From Stellaceae bacterium (GTDB taxonomy: Bacteria > Pseudomonadota > Alphaproteobacteria > ATCC43930 > CGMCC-115725): DNA of 41,461 nucleotides. The DNA is taken from contig DATJOB010000420.1 in assembly GCA_035507475.1 (NCBI GenBank), positions 1 through 41,461 on the forward strand, given 5' to 3'. Under the pieces are notes generated by a model. It had not been told where the DNA came from, ran no database searches, and saw nothing but the letters and a program-made list of their open reading frames with translations. Numbering within the stretch: the first letter of the stretch is position 1; each line of letters starts with the position of its first letter. Below, one piece after another: positions 6,497 to 16,446 of this stretch. The position numbers were made by a program, and so were the translations under genes.

Positions 6497-7807
6497 GGTG
6501 AAACCCTGGCTGCCCCCTCCGTCTCCCCCCTCCCCGACGGGTTTTTCGCTGCCGGACTGGCTGCCGCCGATCCCGAGATCGCCGCCGCGATCGCGCAGGA
6601 GTTGCATCGCCAGCAGTCGCAGATCGAGCTGATCGCCAGCGAGAACATCGTGTCCCGCGCGGTGCTCGAGGCGCAGGGCTCGGTGCTGACCAACAAATAC
6701 GCCGAGGGCTATCCCGGCCGCCGCTATTACGGCGGCTGCGAGTTCGTCGACATCGCCGAGCGGCTGGCGATCGAGCGCGCCAGGCGGCTGTTCGGCTGCG
6801 GTTTCGCCAACGTCCAGCCGCATTCCGGCGCGCAGGCCAACCAGGGCGTGTTCCTCGCGCTGCTCTCGCCGGGCGACACGATCCTCGGCCTGTCGCTCGC
6901 CGCCGGCGGGCACCTGACGCATGGCGCGCCGCCCAACCTGTCGGGGAAGTGGTTCAAGGCGGTGCATTACGGCGTGCGCGCCGACGATGCGCGCATCGAT
7001 TTCGACGAGGTCGAGCGCCAGGCCGAGACGCAGCGCCCCAAGCTCGTCATCTGCGGCGGCAGCGCCTATCCGCGGATCATCGACTTCGCCCGCTTCCGTG
7101 CGATCGCCGACCGGGTCGGCGCCTATCTGATGGTCGACATGGCGCATTTCGCGGGGCTGGTCGCCGGCGGGGTGCATCCGAGCCCGCTGCCGCACGCCCA
7201 CGTCGTCACCACCACGACGCACAAGACGCTGCGAGGCCCGCGCGGCGGCATGATCCTCAGCGACGACGAGGCGATCGCGAAAAAGATCGACTCGGCGATG
7301 TTCCCGGGGCTGCAGGGCGGTCCGCTGATGCATGTGATCGCCGCCAAGGCGGTGGCGCTGGGCGGGGCGCTGCGGCCCGATTTCGCGGTCTACGCACGGG
7401 CGGTCGTCGACAATGCCAAGGCGCTTGCCGAGACGCTCGTGGCCGAGGGGCTCGCCATCGTCTCGGGCGGCACCGACACGCATTTGATGCTGGTCGACCT
7501 GCGGCCGCTCGACCTCACCGGGCGCGAGGCCGAGCAGGCGCTCGAACGCGCCGGGATGACCTGCAACAAGAACGGCATCCCGTTCGATCCCAAGCCGCCG
7601 ACCGTCACCTCCGGCATCCGCCTCGGCTCGCCGGCGGCGACGACGCGCGGCTTCGGCGTCGCCGAGTTCCGCCAGATCGGCGCGTGGATCGGCGAGGTGC
7701 TGCGCGGCCTGGCGCAGCACCCGGACGACAATGCCGGGATCGAGGGCCGGGTGCGCGGCGAGGTCGGCGCGCTCTGTGAGCGCTTTCCGGTGTATCCGCG
7801 GGCGTAG
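6497..7807 (+). CDS. glyA: Serine hydroxymethyltransferase
   Basis: Conserved SHMT sequence ([38 protein letters not shown]; [14 protein letters not shown]). The conserved N-terminal [17 protein letters not shown] lies upstream of the first ATG (6602). The start is therefore placed at GTG 6497, immediately after an in-frame TAG. Confidence 0.9.
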   Translation, partial: GETLAAPSVSPLPDGFFAAGLAAADPEIAAAIAQELHRQQSQIELIASENIVSRAVLEAQGSVLTNKYAEGYPGRRYYGGCEFVDIAERLAIERARRLFGCGFANVQPHSGAQANQGVFLALLSPGDTILGLSLAAGGHLTHGAPPNLSGKWFKAVHYGVRADDARIDFDEVERQAETQRPKLVICGGSAYPRIIDFARFRAIADRVGAYLMVDMAHFAGLVAGGVHPSPLPHAHVVTTTTHKTLRGPRGGMILSDDEAIAKKIDSAMFPGLQGGPLMHVIAAKAVALGGALRPDFAVYARAVVDNAKALAETLVAEGLAIVSGGTDTHLMLVDLRPLDLTGREAEQALERAGMTCNKNGIPFDPKPPTVTSGIRLGSPAATTRGFGVAEFRQIGAWIGEVLRGLAQHPDDNAGIEGRVRGEVGALCERFPVYPRA

Positions 7808-7822
7808 AAGGGGGAGGATAAG

Positions 7823-8284
7823 ATGCGCTGTCCGTTCTGCGGGACCGACGACACCCAGGTCAAGGATTCGCGCCCGACCGACGACCGCGGCGCGATCCGG
7901 CGCCGGCGCTTCTGCCCGAACTGCGCGGCGCGCTTCACCACCTTCGAGCGGGTGCAGCTGCGCGACCTGACCGTGGTCAAGAAGAACGGCCAGCGCGAGC
8001 CGTTCGACCGCGAGAAGCTGTCGCGCTCGATCTACGTCGCCTTGCGCAAGCGCCCGTACGAGACCGAGCGCGTCGAGCGGATGATCAACTCGATGGTCCG
8101 CCAGCTCGAAAGCTCGGGCGAGACCGACATCCCGAGCGACATGATCGGCGAGCATGTCATGGAGGCGCTCGCCCAGCTCGACCAGGTCGCCTATATCCGC
8201 TTCGCCTCGGTCTACCGCAATTTCCGCGAAGCCAAGGATTTTGGCGACTTCGTCGGCCGCATCGCCGCCGACGGCGATTGCTGA
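7823..8284 (+). CDS. nrdR: Transcriptional repressor NrdR
   Basis: MRCPFCG...[16 protein letters not shown] zinc ribbon plus an ATP-cone. The glyA-nrdR-ribD order is canonical. Confidence 0.93.
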   Translation: MRCPFCGTDDTQVKDSRPTDDRGAIRRRRFCPNCAARFTTFERVQLRDLTVVKKNGQREPFDREKLSRSIYVALRKRPYETERVERMINSMVRQLESSGETDIPSDMIGEHVMEALAQLDQVAYIRFASVYRNFREAKDFGDFVGRIAADGDC

Positions 8285-8301
8285 GACAATATTTTTGGCC
8301 A

Positions 8302-8319
8302 TCCCGGCGAAGGCCGGGA
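8302..8319. repeat. REP-type hairpin TCCCGGC-GAAG-GCCGGGA after nrdR
   Basis: 7-bp GC stem read directly. This is the motif whose shadow translation gives the familiar PAFAGM peptide of alphaproteobacterial REP elements. A second hairpin, GCCCCGGC-CCTT-GCCGGGGC, lies at 8355-8374. Confidence 0.5.
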
Positions 8320-8383
8320 CCCATGCTTCAACCCGTGGAGCAGCGGATAAATGGGCCCCGGCCCTTGCCGGGGCGGGCTTCAA

Positions 8384-9490
8384 ATGGCTGAGGTTGCCGA
8401 CCTCACGCTGATGCGCGCGGCGCTGGCGCTGGCGCGGCGCGGGCTCGGTCGGGTCTGGCCGAACCCGGCGGTCGGCTGCGTCATCGTCAATGACGGGCGC
8501 GTCGTCGGCCGCGGCTGGACCCAGCCGGGCGGGCGTCCGCACGCCGAGACCGAGGCACTGGCGCGCGCCGGCGCCGCGGCGCGGGGCGCCACCTGCTACG
8601 TGTCGCTCGAACCGTGCAGCCACCACGGCAAGACCCCGCCCTGCGCCGAGGCGCTGATCGCCGCCGGCATCGCGCGCGCGGTGGTCGCGGTCGAGGACCC
8701 CGATCCGCGCGTCTCCGGCCGCGGCCTTGCTCGCCTGCGCGCCGCCGGGATCGCGGTCGATAGCGGGCTTTGCGCCGGCGAGGCGGAGGAGCTCAACGCC
8801 GGCTTCTTCCGCCGCATCGCCGAGGGCCGGCCGCTCGTCACGCTGAAGCTCGCGAGCTCGCTCGACGGCCGAATCGCGACCGCCGCCGGCGAAAGCCGCT
8901 GGATCACCGGCGCGGCGGCGCGGGGACGCGCGCATCTGCTGCGCGCGACGCACGACGCGGTGCTGATCGGCACCGGCACCGCGCTCGCCGACGATCCGCA
9001 GTTGACCTGCCGGCTGCCGGGGCTGGCGGACCGCTCGCCGGCGCGCGTCGTCATCGATCGCCGGCTGCGCCTACCGCCGAGCTTGCGTCTCTTCGCCGAG
9101 GCGAAGCGCACACCGACCTGGCTCCTGACCTGCGCCCCGCCCGGCGCGCCCGAGCTGGCCGCCCTGGCGCGGCGCGGCGTCAGGATCGTTCGCGTCGAAG
9201 CCGATGCGGCGGGCGGGATCGATCTCGGCGACGCGCTCCGCCGCCTGGCCGGCGAGGGATTGACCCGGCTCCTCGTCGAGGGAGGCGGGGTGCTCGCCGC
9301 GGCGCTGCTGCGCGCCGGGCTCGTCGACCGGCTCGTCTGGATGCGGGCGCCGCTGGCGCTCGGCGGCGACGGCGTGCCGGCGGTCGCCGCGCTCGGCCTC
9401 GGCGCGCTTGCCGCAGCGCCGCGCTTTACCTTGCTGGCGAGCGAAACGGTCGGCGGCGACCTGATCGAGACCTACGCGCGCGACGAATAG
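8384..9490 (+). CDS. ribD: Bifunctional riboflavin biosynthesis protein RibD (pyrimidine deaminase / uracil reductase)
   Basis: Deaminase motifs HAETEAL and PCSHHGKTPPC, followed by the reductase domain. Start chosen at ATG 8384 (MAEVADLTLMRAALALARRG) because the upstream ATG at 8351 lies inside a hairpin. The start is uncertain by 33 nt. Confidence 0.88.
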   Translation: MAEVADLTLMRAALALARRGLGRVWPNPAVGCVIVNDGRVVGRGWTQPGGRPHAETEALARAGAAARGATCYVSLEPCSHHGKTPPCAEALIAAGIARAVVAVEDPDPRVSGRGLARLRAAGIAVDSGLCAGEAEELNAGFFRRIAEGRPLVTLKLASSLDGRIATAAGESRWITGAAARGRAHLLRATHDAVLIGTGTALADDPQLTCRLPGLADRSPARVVIDRRLRLPPSLRLFAEAKRTPTWLLTCAPPGAPELAALARRGVRIVRVEADAAGGIDLGDALRRLAGEGLTRLLVEGGGVLAAALLRAGLVDRLVWMRAPLALGGDGVPAVAALGLGALAAAPRFTLLASETVGGDLIETYARDE

Positions 9491-9502
9491 CCGACGGCAG
9501 CG

Positions 9503-9790
9503 CTAGCGGTTGCCGCATTGCCGGTCGAGCACGTCGCTCAGCTCGATGCCGTGCTCGGTCGCCCCCGCGGCAAAGGTGGTGCCGACCGTCGGACTATAGA
9601 GGAGCCCGCCGAAATCGAGCGTCACCGGGCTCAGCACGCGCCAGCCGCCGGCCGGGCCGCGGGCGAAGGCGCCGCACGGGATCGGCTCCGCGGCGCCGCG
9701 GGCAAGCACCGAATGGCTGGCGCCGCCGGCGACCAGCGCCAACGCCGTCGCCGCGGTGAGATGGCTCAGCCGGTTGCAGAAGGTTCGCAC
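9503..9790 (-). CDS. Small hypothetical secreted protein (about 95 aa)
   Basis: The minus-strand ORF has consistently high GC3 from GTG 9790 onward and low GC3 upstream of it. It has a signal-peptide-like N-terminus (LSHLTAATALALVAGGASHSVLA). The mature part has 2 Cys and ends QCGNR. No family was recognised. Confidence 0.5.
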   Translation of the reverse strand: MRTFCNRLSHLTAATALALVAGGASHSVLARGAAEPIPCGAFARGPAGGWRVLSPVTLDFGGLLYSPTVGTTFAAGATEHGIELSDVLDRQCGNR

Positions 9791-9910
9791 AGCATCACCG
9801 CCGCAAAAGTCGCTACCCGGCAGGATAACACCCTGCGGTGGCGATCGGCGCAGTGTCCCGCCGGGCAAAAGCGCTGGTCAATCGGCAGCGAGGCTCCTAG
9901 CTTAGCCGCG

Positions 9911-10510
9911 ATGTTCACTGGCATCGTCACCGATATCGGCGCGGTGCGCACGGCGCGGCACAGCGATGGCGGGCTCGTGCTGACCGTCGCGACCGCCTTC
10001 GACACCGCCGCCATTCCGCTCGGCGCCTCGATCGCCTGTTCGGGCGTCTGCCTGACCGCGATCGCGCTCGAACCGGGGCGCTTCACGGTCGAGGTCTCGC
10101 CGGAGACGCTGGCCCGCTCGACGCTCGGCGATTGGCGGGTGGGCACGCGCCTCAACCTCGAACAGTCGCTGCGCCTCGGCGACGAGATGGGTGGCCATCT
10201 CGTGCTCGGCCATGTCGACGGGGTGGTGCGCGTCGTCGCCCGCCGGACGGACGGCGACAGCGTGCGCTTCTCGTTCGAGGCGCCGGACGAATTGGCGCCG
10301 TTCATCGCATCCAAGGGCTCGGTCGCGATCGACGGCGTGAGCCTTACGGTCAACGAAGCGGAGAGCAGCCGCTTCGGCGTCAACATCATCCCGCACACGC
10401 TCGCCCATACCACCTTCGGCGACGCGGCGCCGGGCACGCGCATGAACCTTGAGATCGACCTCATCGCCCGCTATGTCGGCCGCCTCCTCGAGGCGCGGAG
10501 GGCGGCGTGA
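9911..10510 (+). CDS. ribE: Riboflavin synthase (alpha chain)
   Basis: Canonical MFTGIVTDIG N-terminus and the internal duplication (GHLVLGHVDG). The long upstream extension in the ORF track is a shadow of the minus-strand gene. Confidence 0.9.
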   Translation: MFTGIVTDIGAVRTARHSDGGLVLTVATAFDTAAIPLGASIACSGVCLTAIALEPGRFTVEVSPETLARSTLGDWRVGTRLNLEQSLRLGDEMGGHLVLGHVDGVVRVVARRTDGDSVRFSFEAPDELAPFIASKGSVAIDGVSLTVNEAESSRFGVNIIPHTLAHTTFGDAAPGTRMNLEIDLIARYVGRLLEARRAA

Positions 10511-10974
10511 CGGCGGACAAGAGCGACGGCCGCGCGCCGCACCTGCTGCTTGTCGAGGCGCCCTATTACGCGCATATCGCGGCGCTGCTGCGCGAGGGCG
10601 CGGAAAAGGCGCTCGCCGCGGCCGGCGCGACCTGCGACGTCATCCAGGTGCCCGGCTCGTTCGAGATCCCCGGCGCGATCGGCATCGCCGCCAGGGCCGG
10701 CGGCAAGTATGACGGCTTTGTCGCGCTCGGCTGCGTGATCCGCGGCGAGACCACGCATTACGACCATATCTGCGAAGCGACCGCCGATTGGCTGCAGCAC
10801 CTCGCGGTCGCCGACGGGCTGGCAATCGGGTACGGCATCCTGACCTGCGAGAACGAGCAGCAGGCGCTGCACCGCGCCAGCCCCGGCGGCAACGGCCGCG
10901 ACCACGGCGGCGCCGCGGTGCGCGCCTGCCTGGCGATGGTCGGGGTCAGGCGCCGCTTCGGCCGCGACGCGTGA
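10507..10974 (+). CDS. ribH: 6,7-dimethyl-8-ribityllumazine synthase
   Basis: GTGA start/stop overlap with ribE. Lumazine synthase motifs are present (VPGSFEIPGA, ALGCVIRGETTHYD). Confidence 0.88.
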   Translation: MTADKSDGRAPHLLLVEAPYYAHIAALLREGAEKALAAAGATCDVIQVPGSFEIPGAIGIAARAGGKYDGFVALGCVIRGETTHYDHICEATADWLQHLAVADGLAIGYGILTCENEQQALHRASPGGNGRDHGGAAVRACLAMVGVRRRFGRDA

Positions 10975-11468
10975 GCGGGGCCGGCGCGAGCGACGACGAC
11001 GGCGCCCGTCCGTCGCCGGCCGGCCGGCGGCGCAGCGCCGCGCGACTCGGCGCGGTGCAGGCGCTCTACCAGCTGGCGCTCAATCCCGGGCTCAGCCCGG
11101 AAGTCGCGATCGCCGAGTTCCTGCACCACCGGCTCGGCCGCGAGATCGACGGCGAGTGCTACGGCGAGGCCGACGAGGTGTTGTTCGCCGACATCGTGCG
11201 CGGCGTCTGCGAGCATCGCGAGCGGCTCGACGAGGCGCTCGCCGCCGCGCTCAGCGAGGAATGGCCGCTGCGCCGGCTCGAAACGATCCTGCGCCTCATC
11301 CTCGAAGCCGGCGCCTACGAGCTGGCGTACCGGGCCGACATCCCGCCGCGCGTCGCGCTCAGCGAATACGTCGCGATCGCCCATGCCTTCTTCGACGGCA
11401 AGGAGCCGGGCCTGGCGAACGGCGTGCTCAACCGGCTCGCCCGCGCGCTGCGCGCCGCCGAACTCTAG
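10971..11468 (+). CDS. nusB: Transcription antitermination factor NusB
   Basis: GTGA overlap with the ribH stop. NusB-like sequence (RSAARLGAVQALYQ..., AFFDGKEPGLANGVLNRLAR). ribH-nusB-thiL synteny. Confidence 0.88.
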   Translation: MSGAGASDDDGARPSPAGRRRSAARLGAVQALYQLALNPGLSPEVAIAEFLHHRLGREIDGECYGEADEVLFADIVRGVCEHRERLDEALAAALSEEWPLRRLETILRLILEAGAYELAYRADIPPRVALSEYVAIAHAFFDGKEPGLANGVLNRLARALRAAEL

Positions 11469-11475
11469 GCCGGGC

Positions 11476-12453
11476 ATGGCCCGCGGGCTCGGCGAGTTCG
11501 GCCGCATCCGGCAATTCTTCGCCCCGCTCGCCGGGCCGGGCGCGCTCGGTCTCGCCGACGACGCCGCGCTCGTCGAGTGCCCGCCCGGCCATCGCCTGGT
11601 GCTGACCGTCGACCAGCTGGTCGAATCCGTCCATTTCCTGCCCGACGACCCGCCCGAGCTGGTCGCCCGCAAGCTGCTGCGCCGCAACCTCTCCGACCTT
11701 GCGGCGATGGCGGCCGAGCCGCTCGCCTACCTGGTCGCGAGCGCGTTGCCGACGACGCGCGACGACGATTGGGTGCGGCGCTTCGCCGAGGGGCTCGGGG
11801 AAGACCAGCGGCATTTCGGGGTCAGCCTGCTCGGCGGCGACTCGACCTCGACGCCGGGCCCCGCCGCATTCTCGCTGACCGCGATCGGCCGCGTCGTCGA
11901 GGGGCGCGAGCTGCGGCGCAGCGGCGCGCGACCGGGGGATCGCGTCTGGGTCAGCGGCACGGTCGGCGACGCGTTTCTCGGCCTCGCACTGCTGCGCGGC
12001 GCGCACCCTGGTCTCGCCGCCGGGCATCGCGCCGCGCTGATCGCGCGCTACCGGCTGCCCGAGCCGCGCTGCACGCTCGGCCTGCGGCTCGCCGGGGTCG
12101 CGCATGCGGCGATCGACGTCTCGGACGGGCTCGTCGCCGATCTCGGCCATCTCTGCGAGGCGTCCGGCGTCGGCGCCGAAATCGCGCTGCCGCGCGTGCC
12201 GCTGTCGCCCGCCGCGCGCGAGCTGACCCTCGCCGACGCGCGGCTTTGCGCCCGGCTTGCCACCGCCGGTGACGATTACGAGCTGCTCTTCGCCGCGCCG
12301 CCGGAAGCCGCCGGCAGGATCGCCGCGCTCGCCGCCGAGCTCGCCTTGCCGCTCACCGAGATCGGCGCGATCGAGGCCGGCGCGGGTGTGCGGCTGGTGG
12401 ACGCCGAGGGCAGGCAGGTCGCCCTCGACAATGCCGGGTGGCGCCACTTCTGA
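11476..12453 (+). CDS. thiL: Thiamine-monophosphate kinase
   Basis: MARGLGEFGRIRQFF...DDAA...HF N-terminus, with AIR-synthase-like N and C domains (DLSDGL-type motif DVSDGLVADL). Confidence 0.88.
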   Translation: MARGLGEFGRIRQFFAPLAGPGALGLADDAALVECPPGHRLVLTVDQLVESVHFLPDDPPELVARKLLRRNLSDLAAMAAEPLAYLVASALPTTRDDDWVRRFAEGLGEDQRHFGVSLLGGDSTSTPGPAAFSLTAIGRVVEGRELRRSGARPGDRVWVSGTVGDAFLGLALLRGAHPGLAAGHRAALIARYRLPEPRCTLGLRLAGVAHAAIDVSDGLVADLGHLCEASGVGAEIALPRVPLSPAARELTLADARLCARLATAGDDYELLFAAPPEAAGRIAALAAELALPLTEIGAIEAGAGVRLVDAEGRQVALDNAGWRHF

Positions 12454-13649
12454 TGCAGCAGGCGCGCAAGACGGTGCTGCTGCTCGCCGGCTGCCAGGCG
12501 CTGGCGATGACCAGCATGAGCGTGTTGGCGACGACCTCGGCGATCATCGGCAACATGCTGGCGCTCAACAAGGCGCTGTCGACGCTGCCGGTGGCGCTGC
12601 AGCAGACCGGGATGATGTGCGCCACGATCCCGGCAGCGCTGTTGATGGGCCGGATCGGCCGGCGCGGCGGGTTCTGGACCGGCGCGGCGATCGGCGTCAG
12701 CGGCGGCATCGTCGCCGGGCTCGCGGTCTGGGCGGCGTCGTTCCCGCTCTTCTGCCTCGGCACGCTGTTGATCGGCAGCTCCAACGGCTTCGCCCAGCAA
12801 TACCGTTTCGCCGCCGCCGAGATCGCCGACGAAGGGTTCCGCGCGCGGGCGATCTCGCTGGTGCTCGCGGGCGGCGTCTTCTCCGGCGTCTTCGGACCGG
12901 AGACCGCCAAATGGTCGCGCGACCTTTTCGCGCCGGTGCTGTTCGCCGGCTGCTTTGCGATGGTCGTCGCGCTGCAGCTCGGCGCCGCGGCGCTGCTCCT
13001 CTTCATCCGCCTGCCGCCGGCGCCGCTGCGCGGCGCCTGGCGCAACGCGGGGCGTCCGCTGCTGCGCATCGTGCGCCAGAAGCGGTTCGCCGTCGCGCTG
13101 CTCTGCGGGATGATCGGCAACGGCGTGATGGCGCTGGTGATGACGGCGACGCCGATCGCGATGATCGGCTGCGGTTTCCACTTTACCGACGCCGCCTTCG
13201 TCATCCAGTGGCACATCCTCGGCATGTACGCACCGAGCTTCGTCACCGGCCAGCTGATCACGCGATTCGGCGTGACCCGGATCCTCTTCGCCGGCGCGAT
13301 GCTGCTGCTCGCCTGCTGCGGCATCAACCTCGCCGGCATCGCCGAGGCCAATTTCTGGGCCGCGAACGCGCTGCTCGGCGTCGGCTGGAACTTCCTCTTC
13401 GTCGGGGCGACGACGCTGCTCACCCGCACCTATGCGCCGGAGGAGCGAGCGAAGGTCCAGGCCCTCAACGACTTCATGATCTTCGGCACGGCGACGTTCG
13501 CGGCGTTCTCGTCGGGCGCGCTGCTCGCCGGGTTCGGCTGGACGACCGTGCAGCTGGCGGTGATGCCGGCGGTCGCGCTCGTGGCGGCGGCGATCCTCTG
13601 GCTGCATCTCGGCGCGCCGCAGGGCGAAGCCCGCTATGCGGCGGATTGA
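12453..13649 (+). CDS. MFS transporter
   Basis: About 12 hydrophobic segments and the MFS loop motif GRIGRRGG. The ATG overlaps the thiL TGA (TGATG). An alternative GTG start exists at 12438. Confidence 0.8.
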   Translation: MQQARKTVLLLAGCQALAMTSMSVLATTSAIIGNMLALNKALSTLPVALQQTGMMCATIPAALLMGRIGRRGGFWTGAAIGVSGGIVAGLAVWAASFPLFCLGTLLIGSSNGFAQQYRFAAAEIADEGFRARAISLVLAGGVFSGVFGPETAKWSRDLFAPVLFAGCFAMVVALQLGAAALLLFIRLPPAPLRGAWRNAGRPLLRIVRQKRFAVALLCGMIGNGVMALVMTATPIAMIGCGFHFTDAAFVIQWHILGMYAPSFVTGQLITRFGVTRILFAGAMLLLACCGINLAGIAEANFWAANALLGVGWNFLFVGATTLLTRTYAPEERAKVQALNDFMIFGTATFAAFSSGALLAGFGWTTVQLAVMPAVALVAAAILWLHLGAPQGEARYAAD

Positions 13650-13778
13650 GCCGCAAAGTTGCGGGCGCCCCGCGCTTCTGGCATGTTCCGCGCGACCTGA
13701 CCTGGCTCGCCGCGCCGGCGCGGTGCCGAAGGCAGGTTTTTTGTTCCGCGCAGTGCCTTCCGGGGGGAAACAACGACG

Positions 13779-15875
13779 ATGTCTGCGGCCTATATCCTGG
13801 TGATCGCGTGCGGCGTGCTTGCCTTGCTGTACGGGTTCGTCACCAGCCGGCAAGTGCTGGCCGCCAACGCCGGGACGGCGCGGATGCAGGAGATATCCAG
13901 CGCCGTGCAGGTCGGGGCGAGCGCCTATCTGAACCGCCAGTACCGCGCCATCGCGGTGGTCGGGATCGTCATCCTGATCATCCTCGCGGTGACGCTCGGC
14001 TGGCGCGTCGGGCTCGGCTATCTGATCGGCGCAGTGCTGTCGGGCGCCGCCGGCTATATCGGGATGAACGTCTCGGTGCGTTCCAACGTGCGCACCGCCC
14101 AGGCGGCGCGCAGCGGGCTCGCGGAAGGGCTCGGCATCGCCTTCAAGGCCGGCGCGGTGACCGGGCTCCTCGTCGTCGGGCTCGGCATCCTCGGCGTCGG
14201 GATCTATTACTTCTTCCTGCGCGCGACCGTGACCGGCGCCGATCTGCGCCCGGTGCTCGAAGCGATGGTCGGGCTCGGCTTCGGCGCCTCTCTGATCTCG
14301 ATCTTCGCCCGGCTCGGCGGCGGCATCTTCACCAAGGGCGCCGATGTCGGCGCCGACATCGTCGGCAAGGTCGAGGCCGGCATCCCCGAGGACGACCCGC
14401 GCAATCCCGCGGTGATCGCCGACAATGTCGGCGACAATGTCGGCGACTGCGCCGGCATGGCGGCCGACCTGTTCGAGACCTATGCGGTCACCATCGTCGC
14501 GACGATGCTGCTCGCCAACATCTTCTTCCAGCCGCCGCTGCGCGACGCGATGATGCTCCTGCCGCTGCTGATCGGCGGCGTGTGCATCGTCGCCTCGGTG
14601 ATCGGCACGTTCTTCGTCCGCCTCGGCCCCGACCAGGGCATCATGCGCGCGCTCTACAAGGGGCTGATCGCGACCGGCATCCTGTCGATCCTGGCGATCG
14701 CCGCGGTCGTCGGCTGGCTGACCGGGTTCCGCCAGGACCTGGCGATGGTCTCGGGGACGATCACCGGCTGCGACATCCTGACCTGCGCCGTCGTCGGGCT
14801 CGCGGTGACCGGGCTCATCGTCTGGATCACCGAGTTCTACACCTCGACCGAGTACCGCCCGGTGCGCAGCATCGCGCAAAGCTCGACGACCGGCGACGGC
14901 ACCAACGTCATCCAGGGCCTCGCCGTCTCGATGGAGGCGACGGCGCTGCCGGTCATCGTGATCTGCGTCGGCATCGTCGTCTCCTACCTGATGGCCGGGC
15001 TCTTCGGCATCGCGGTCGCAGCCACGACAATGCTCGCGCTCGCCGGCATGGTGGTGGCGCTCGACGCCTACGGCCCCGTCACCGACAATGCCGGCGGCAT
15101 CGCCGAGATGGCTGATCTCCCCTCGGAGGTGCGCAAGACGACCGACGCGCTCGACGCGGTCGGCAACACCACCAAGGCGGTCACCAAGGGCTATGCGATC
15201 GGCTCGGCCGGGCTCGCCTCGCTGGTGCTGTTCGCCGCCTATACCGAGGATCTGAAGCATTATTTCCCCGGCCTCGACGTGCGCTTCGCGCTGCAGGACC
15301 CCTATGTCGTGATCGGGCTCTTCATCGGCGGGCTCCTGCCCTACCTGTTCGGGGCGCTGGGCATGACCGCGGTCGGCCGCGCGGCGGGCGGCATCGTCAA
15401 CGAGGTGCGCCGCCAGTTTCGCGAGATCCCGGGCATCATGCAGGGCACCGCCAAGCCCGATTACGGCCGCGCCGTCGACATGCTGACCCGGGCGGCGATC
15501 CGCGAGATGATCGTGCCCTCGCTGCTGCCGGTACTGGCGCCGATCGTGCTCTATATCGTGATCCGGCTGGTCGCCGGGCAGGCGGCGGCGTTCGGCGCGC
15601 TGGGGGCGATGCTGCTCGGCACGATCGTCACCGGCCTCTTCGTCGCGATCTCGATGACCTCGGGCGGGGGCGCCTGGGACAACGCCAAGAAATACATCGA
15701 GGAGGGCCACCACGGCGGCAAGGGCTCAGACGCGCACAAGGCCGCGGTGACCGGCGACACGGTCGGCGACCCCTACAAGGACACCGCCGGGCCCGCGGTC
15801 AACCCGATGATCAAGATCACCAACATCGTCGCGCTGCTGCTGCTGGCGGTGCTCGGCACCTGGGCCGGCCATTGA
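13779..15875 (+). CDS. hppA: Membrane-bound H+-translocating pyrophosphatase (K+-independent type)
   Basis: 698 aa with the signature motifs [21 protein letters not shown] and [16 protein letters not shown]. The Lys in GNTTKA is the known marker of K+-independent enzymes. Confidence 0.95.
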   Translation: MSAAYILVIACGVLALLYGFVTSRQVLAANAGTARMQEISSAVQVGASAYLNRQYRAIAVVGIVILIILAVTLGWRVGLGYLIGAVLSGAAGYIGMNVSVRSNVRTAQAARSGLAEGLGIAFKAGAVTGLLVVGLGILGVGIYYFFLRATVTGADLRPVLEAMVGLGFGASLISIFARLGGGIFTKGADVGADIVGKVEAGIPEDDPRNPAVIADNVGDNVGDCAGMAADLFETYAVTIVATMLLANIFFQPPLRDAMMLLPLLIGGVCIVASVIGTFFVRLGPDQGIMRALYKGLIATGILSILAIAAVVGWLTGFRQDLAMVSGTITGCDILTCAVVGLAVTGLIVWITEFYTSTEYRPVRSIAQSSTTGDGTNVIQGLAVSMEATALPVIVICVGIVVSYLMAGLFGIAVAATTMLALAGMVVALDAYGPVTDNAGGIAEMADLPSEVRKTTDALDAVGNTTKAVTKGYAIGSAGLASLVLFAAYTEDLKHYFPGLDVRFALQDPYVVIGLFIGGLLPYLFGALGMTAVGRAAGGIVNEVRRQFREIPGIMQGTAKPDYGRAVDMLTRAAIREMIVPSLLPVLAPIVLYIVIRLVAGQAAAFGALGAMLLGTIVTGLFVAISMTSGGGAWDNAKKYIEEGHHGGKGSDAHKAAVTGDTVGDPYKDTAGPAVNPMIKITNIVALLLLAVLGTWAGH

Positions 15876-15902
15876 AGGGCCGGATACCGAGAGCGCGGCC
15901 CT
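15876..15902. terminator. Hairpin after hppA (AGGGCCG-N13-CGGCCCT)
   Basis: 7-bp stem starting 1 nt after the hppA stop, in a convergent intergenic region. There is no clear T-tract. Confidence 0.35.
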
Positions 15903-15924
15903 GAACGGCCGGGTCGGCGGAGCC

Positions 15925-15973
15925 GGCTACTTGCTGGAGCCGGCTACTTGCTGGAGTTGGCTACTTGCTGGAG
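15925..15973. repeat. 17-bp tandem repeat x3 (GGCTACTTGCTGGAG+NN) spanning the bamE stop codon
   Basis: Copies at 15925, 15942 and 15959. On the minus strand each copy reads CTCCAGCAAGTAG (SSK-stop). This explains three shadow ORFs in the track ending exactly 17 nt apart (15927, 15944, 15961). Confidence 0.85.
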
Positions 15974-16446
15974 TTGGAGCTGCCGAACCGGCCGATATTG
16001 CCGAGCAGCTGCTCCATGAACGAAAGCTCGCGGCCGGGGGCCGGCGTCGCGCCGGGGGCCGGAGTGATCGGCTCGCCGTCGGCCAGGGTCTTGTGGCCGA
16101 CATCCTTGACGACGCCCTTGTTGTCGAAGTCGACGATGTAGACCTGCTGGTCGAGCACCTTGGGCGAGAAGAACGCGATCTGCTCGGTCCGCCGGCTGAT
16201 GTAGTACCAGACATCGTCGTCGAACGTGCTCGCGGAGGACGGCGTGCCGAGGATCTTGACCACCTGCTCCTTGGTGGTGGCGCCGGGCTTGATCTGGGCG
16301 AGCCGGTCGGGGTCGGGCAGATTGCCGCGCTGGTCGACGACACCGCCGCAGCCGGCGAGCGTCAGCACGGCGGCGACCGCCAGCACCGCCCATGACGGTC
16401 GCGCGGCAGCCGGCAGCTTGTTGAAACGGAGCGGAACGAGGCCCAT
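15961..16446 (-). CDS. bamE: Outer membrane protein assembly factor BamE (SmpA/OmlA lipoprotein)
   Basis: Lipobox LTLAGC after a hydrophobic signal. The BamE core is present (LAQIKPGATTKEQVVKILGTPS...DDVWYYI...). Start set at ATG 16446. Confidence 0.85.
   Translation of the reverse strand: MGLVPLRFNKLPAAARPSWAVLAVAAVLTLAGCGGVVDQRGNLPDPDRLAQIKPGATTKEQVVKILGTPSSASTFDDDVWYYISRRTEQIAFFSPKVLDQQVYIVDFDNKGVVKDVGHKTLADGEPITPAPGATPAPGRELSFMEQLLGNIGRFGSSNSSK

Noticed and set aside
8285-8383. FMN (RFN) riboswitch upstream of ribD, and the ATG at 8351 as the ribD start.
   Set aside because: The spacer is under 100 nt and consists of two simple REP-like hairpins with no RFN core sequences. ATG 8351 lies within the second hairpin, and the conserved RibD N-terminus begins at the ATG at 8384.
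6206-8953. Very long ORFs in the six-frame track: 915 aa here, plus 12276-15713 (1145 aa), 12257-15115 (952 aa), 2712-4055, 4272-5909, 17412-18992, 27141-28085 and 37064-39217.
   Set aside because: They overlap, on the other strand or in another frame, genes with unmistakable conserved products such as glyA, nrdR, hppA, the TIR gene, plsX, kdpA and the SBP. Their translations are Arg/Ala/Pro/Gly-rich low-complexity strings, typical of shadow frames in 70% GC DNA.
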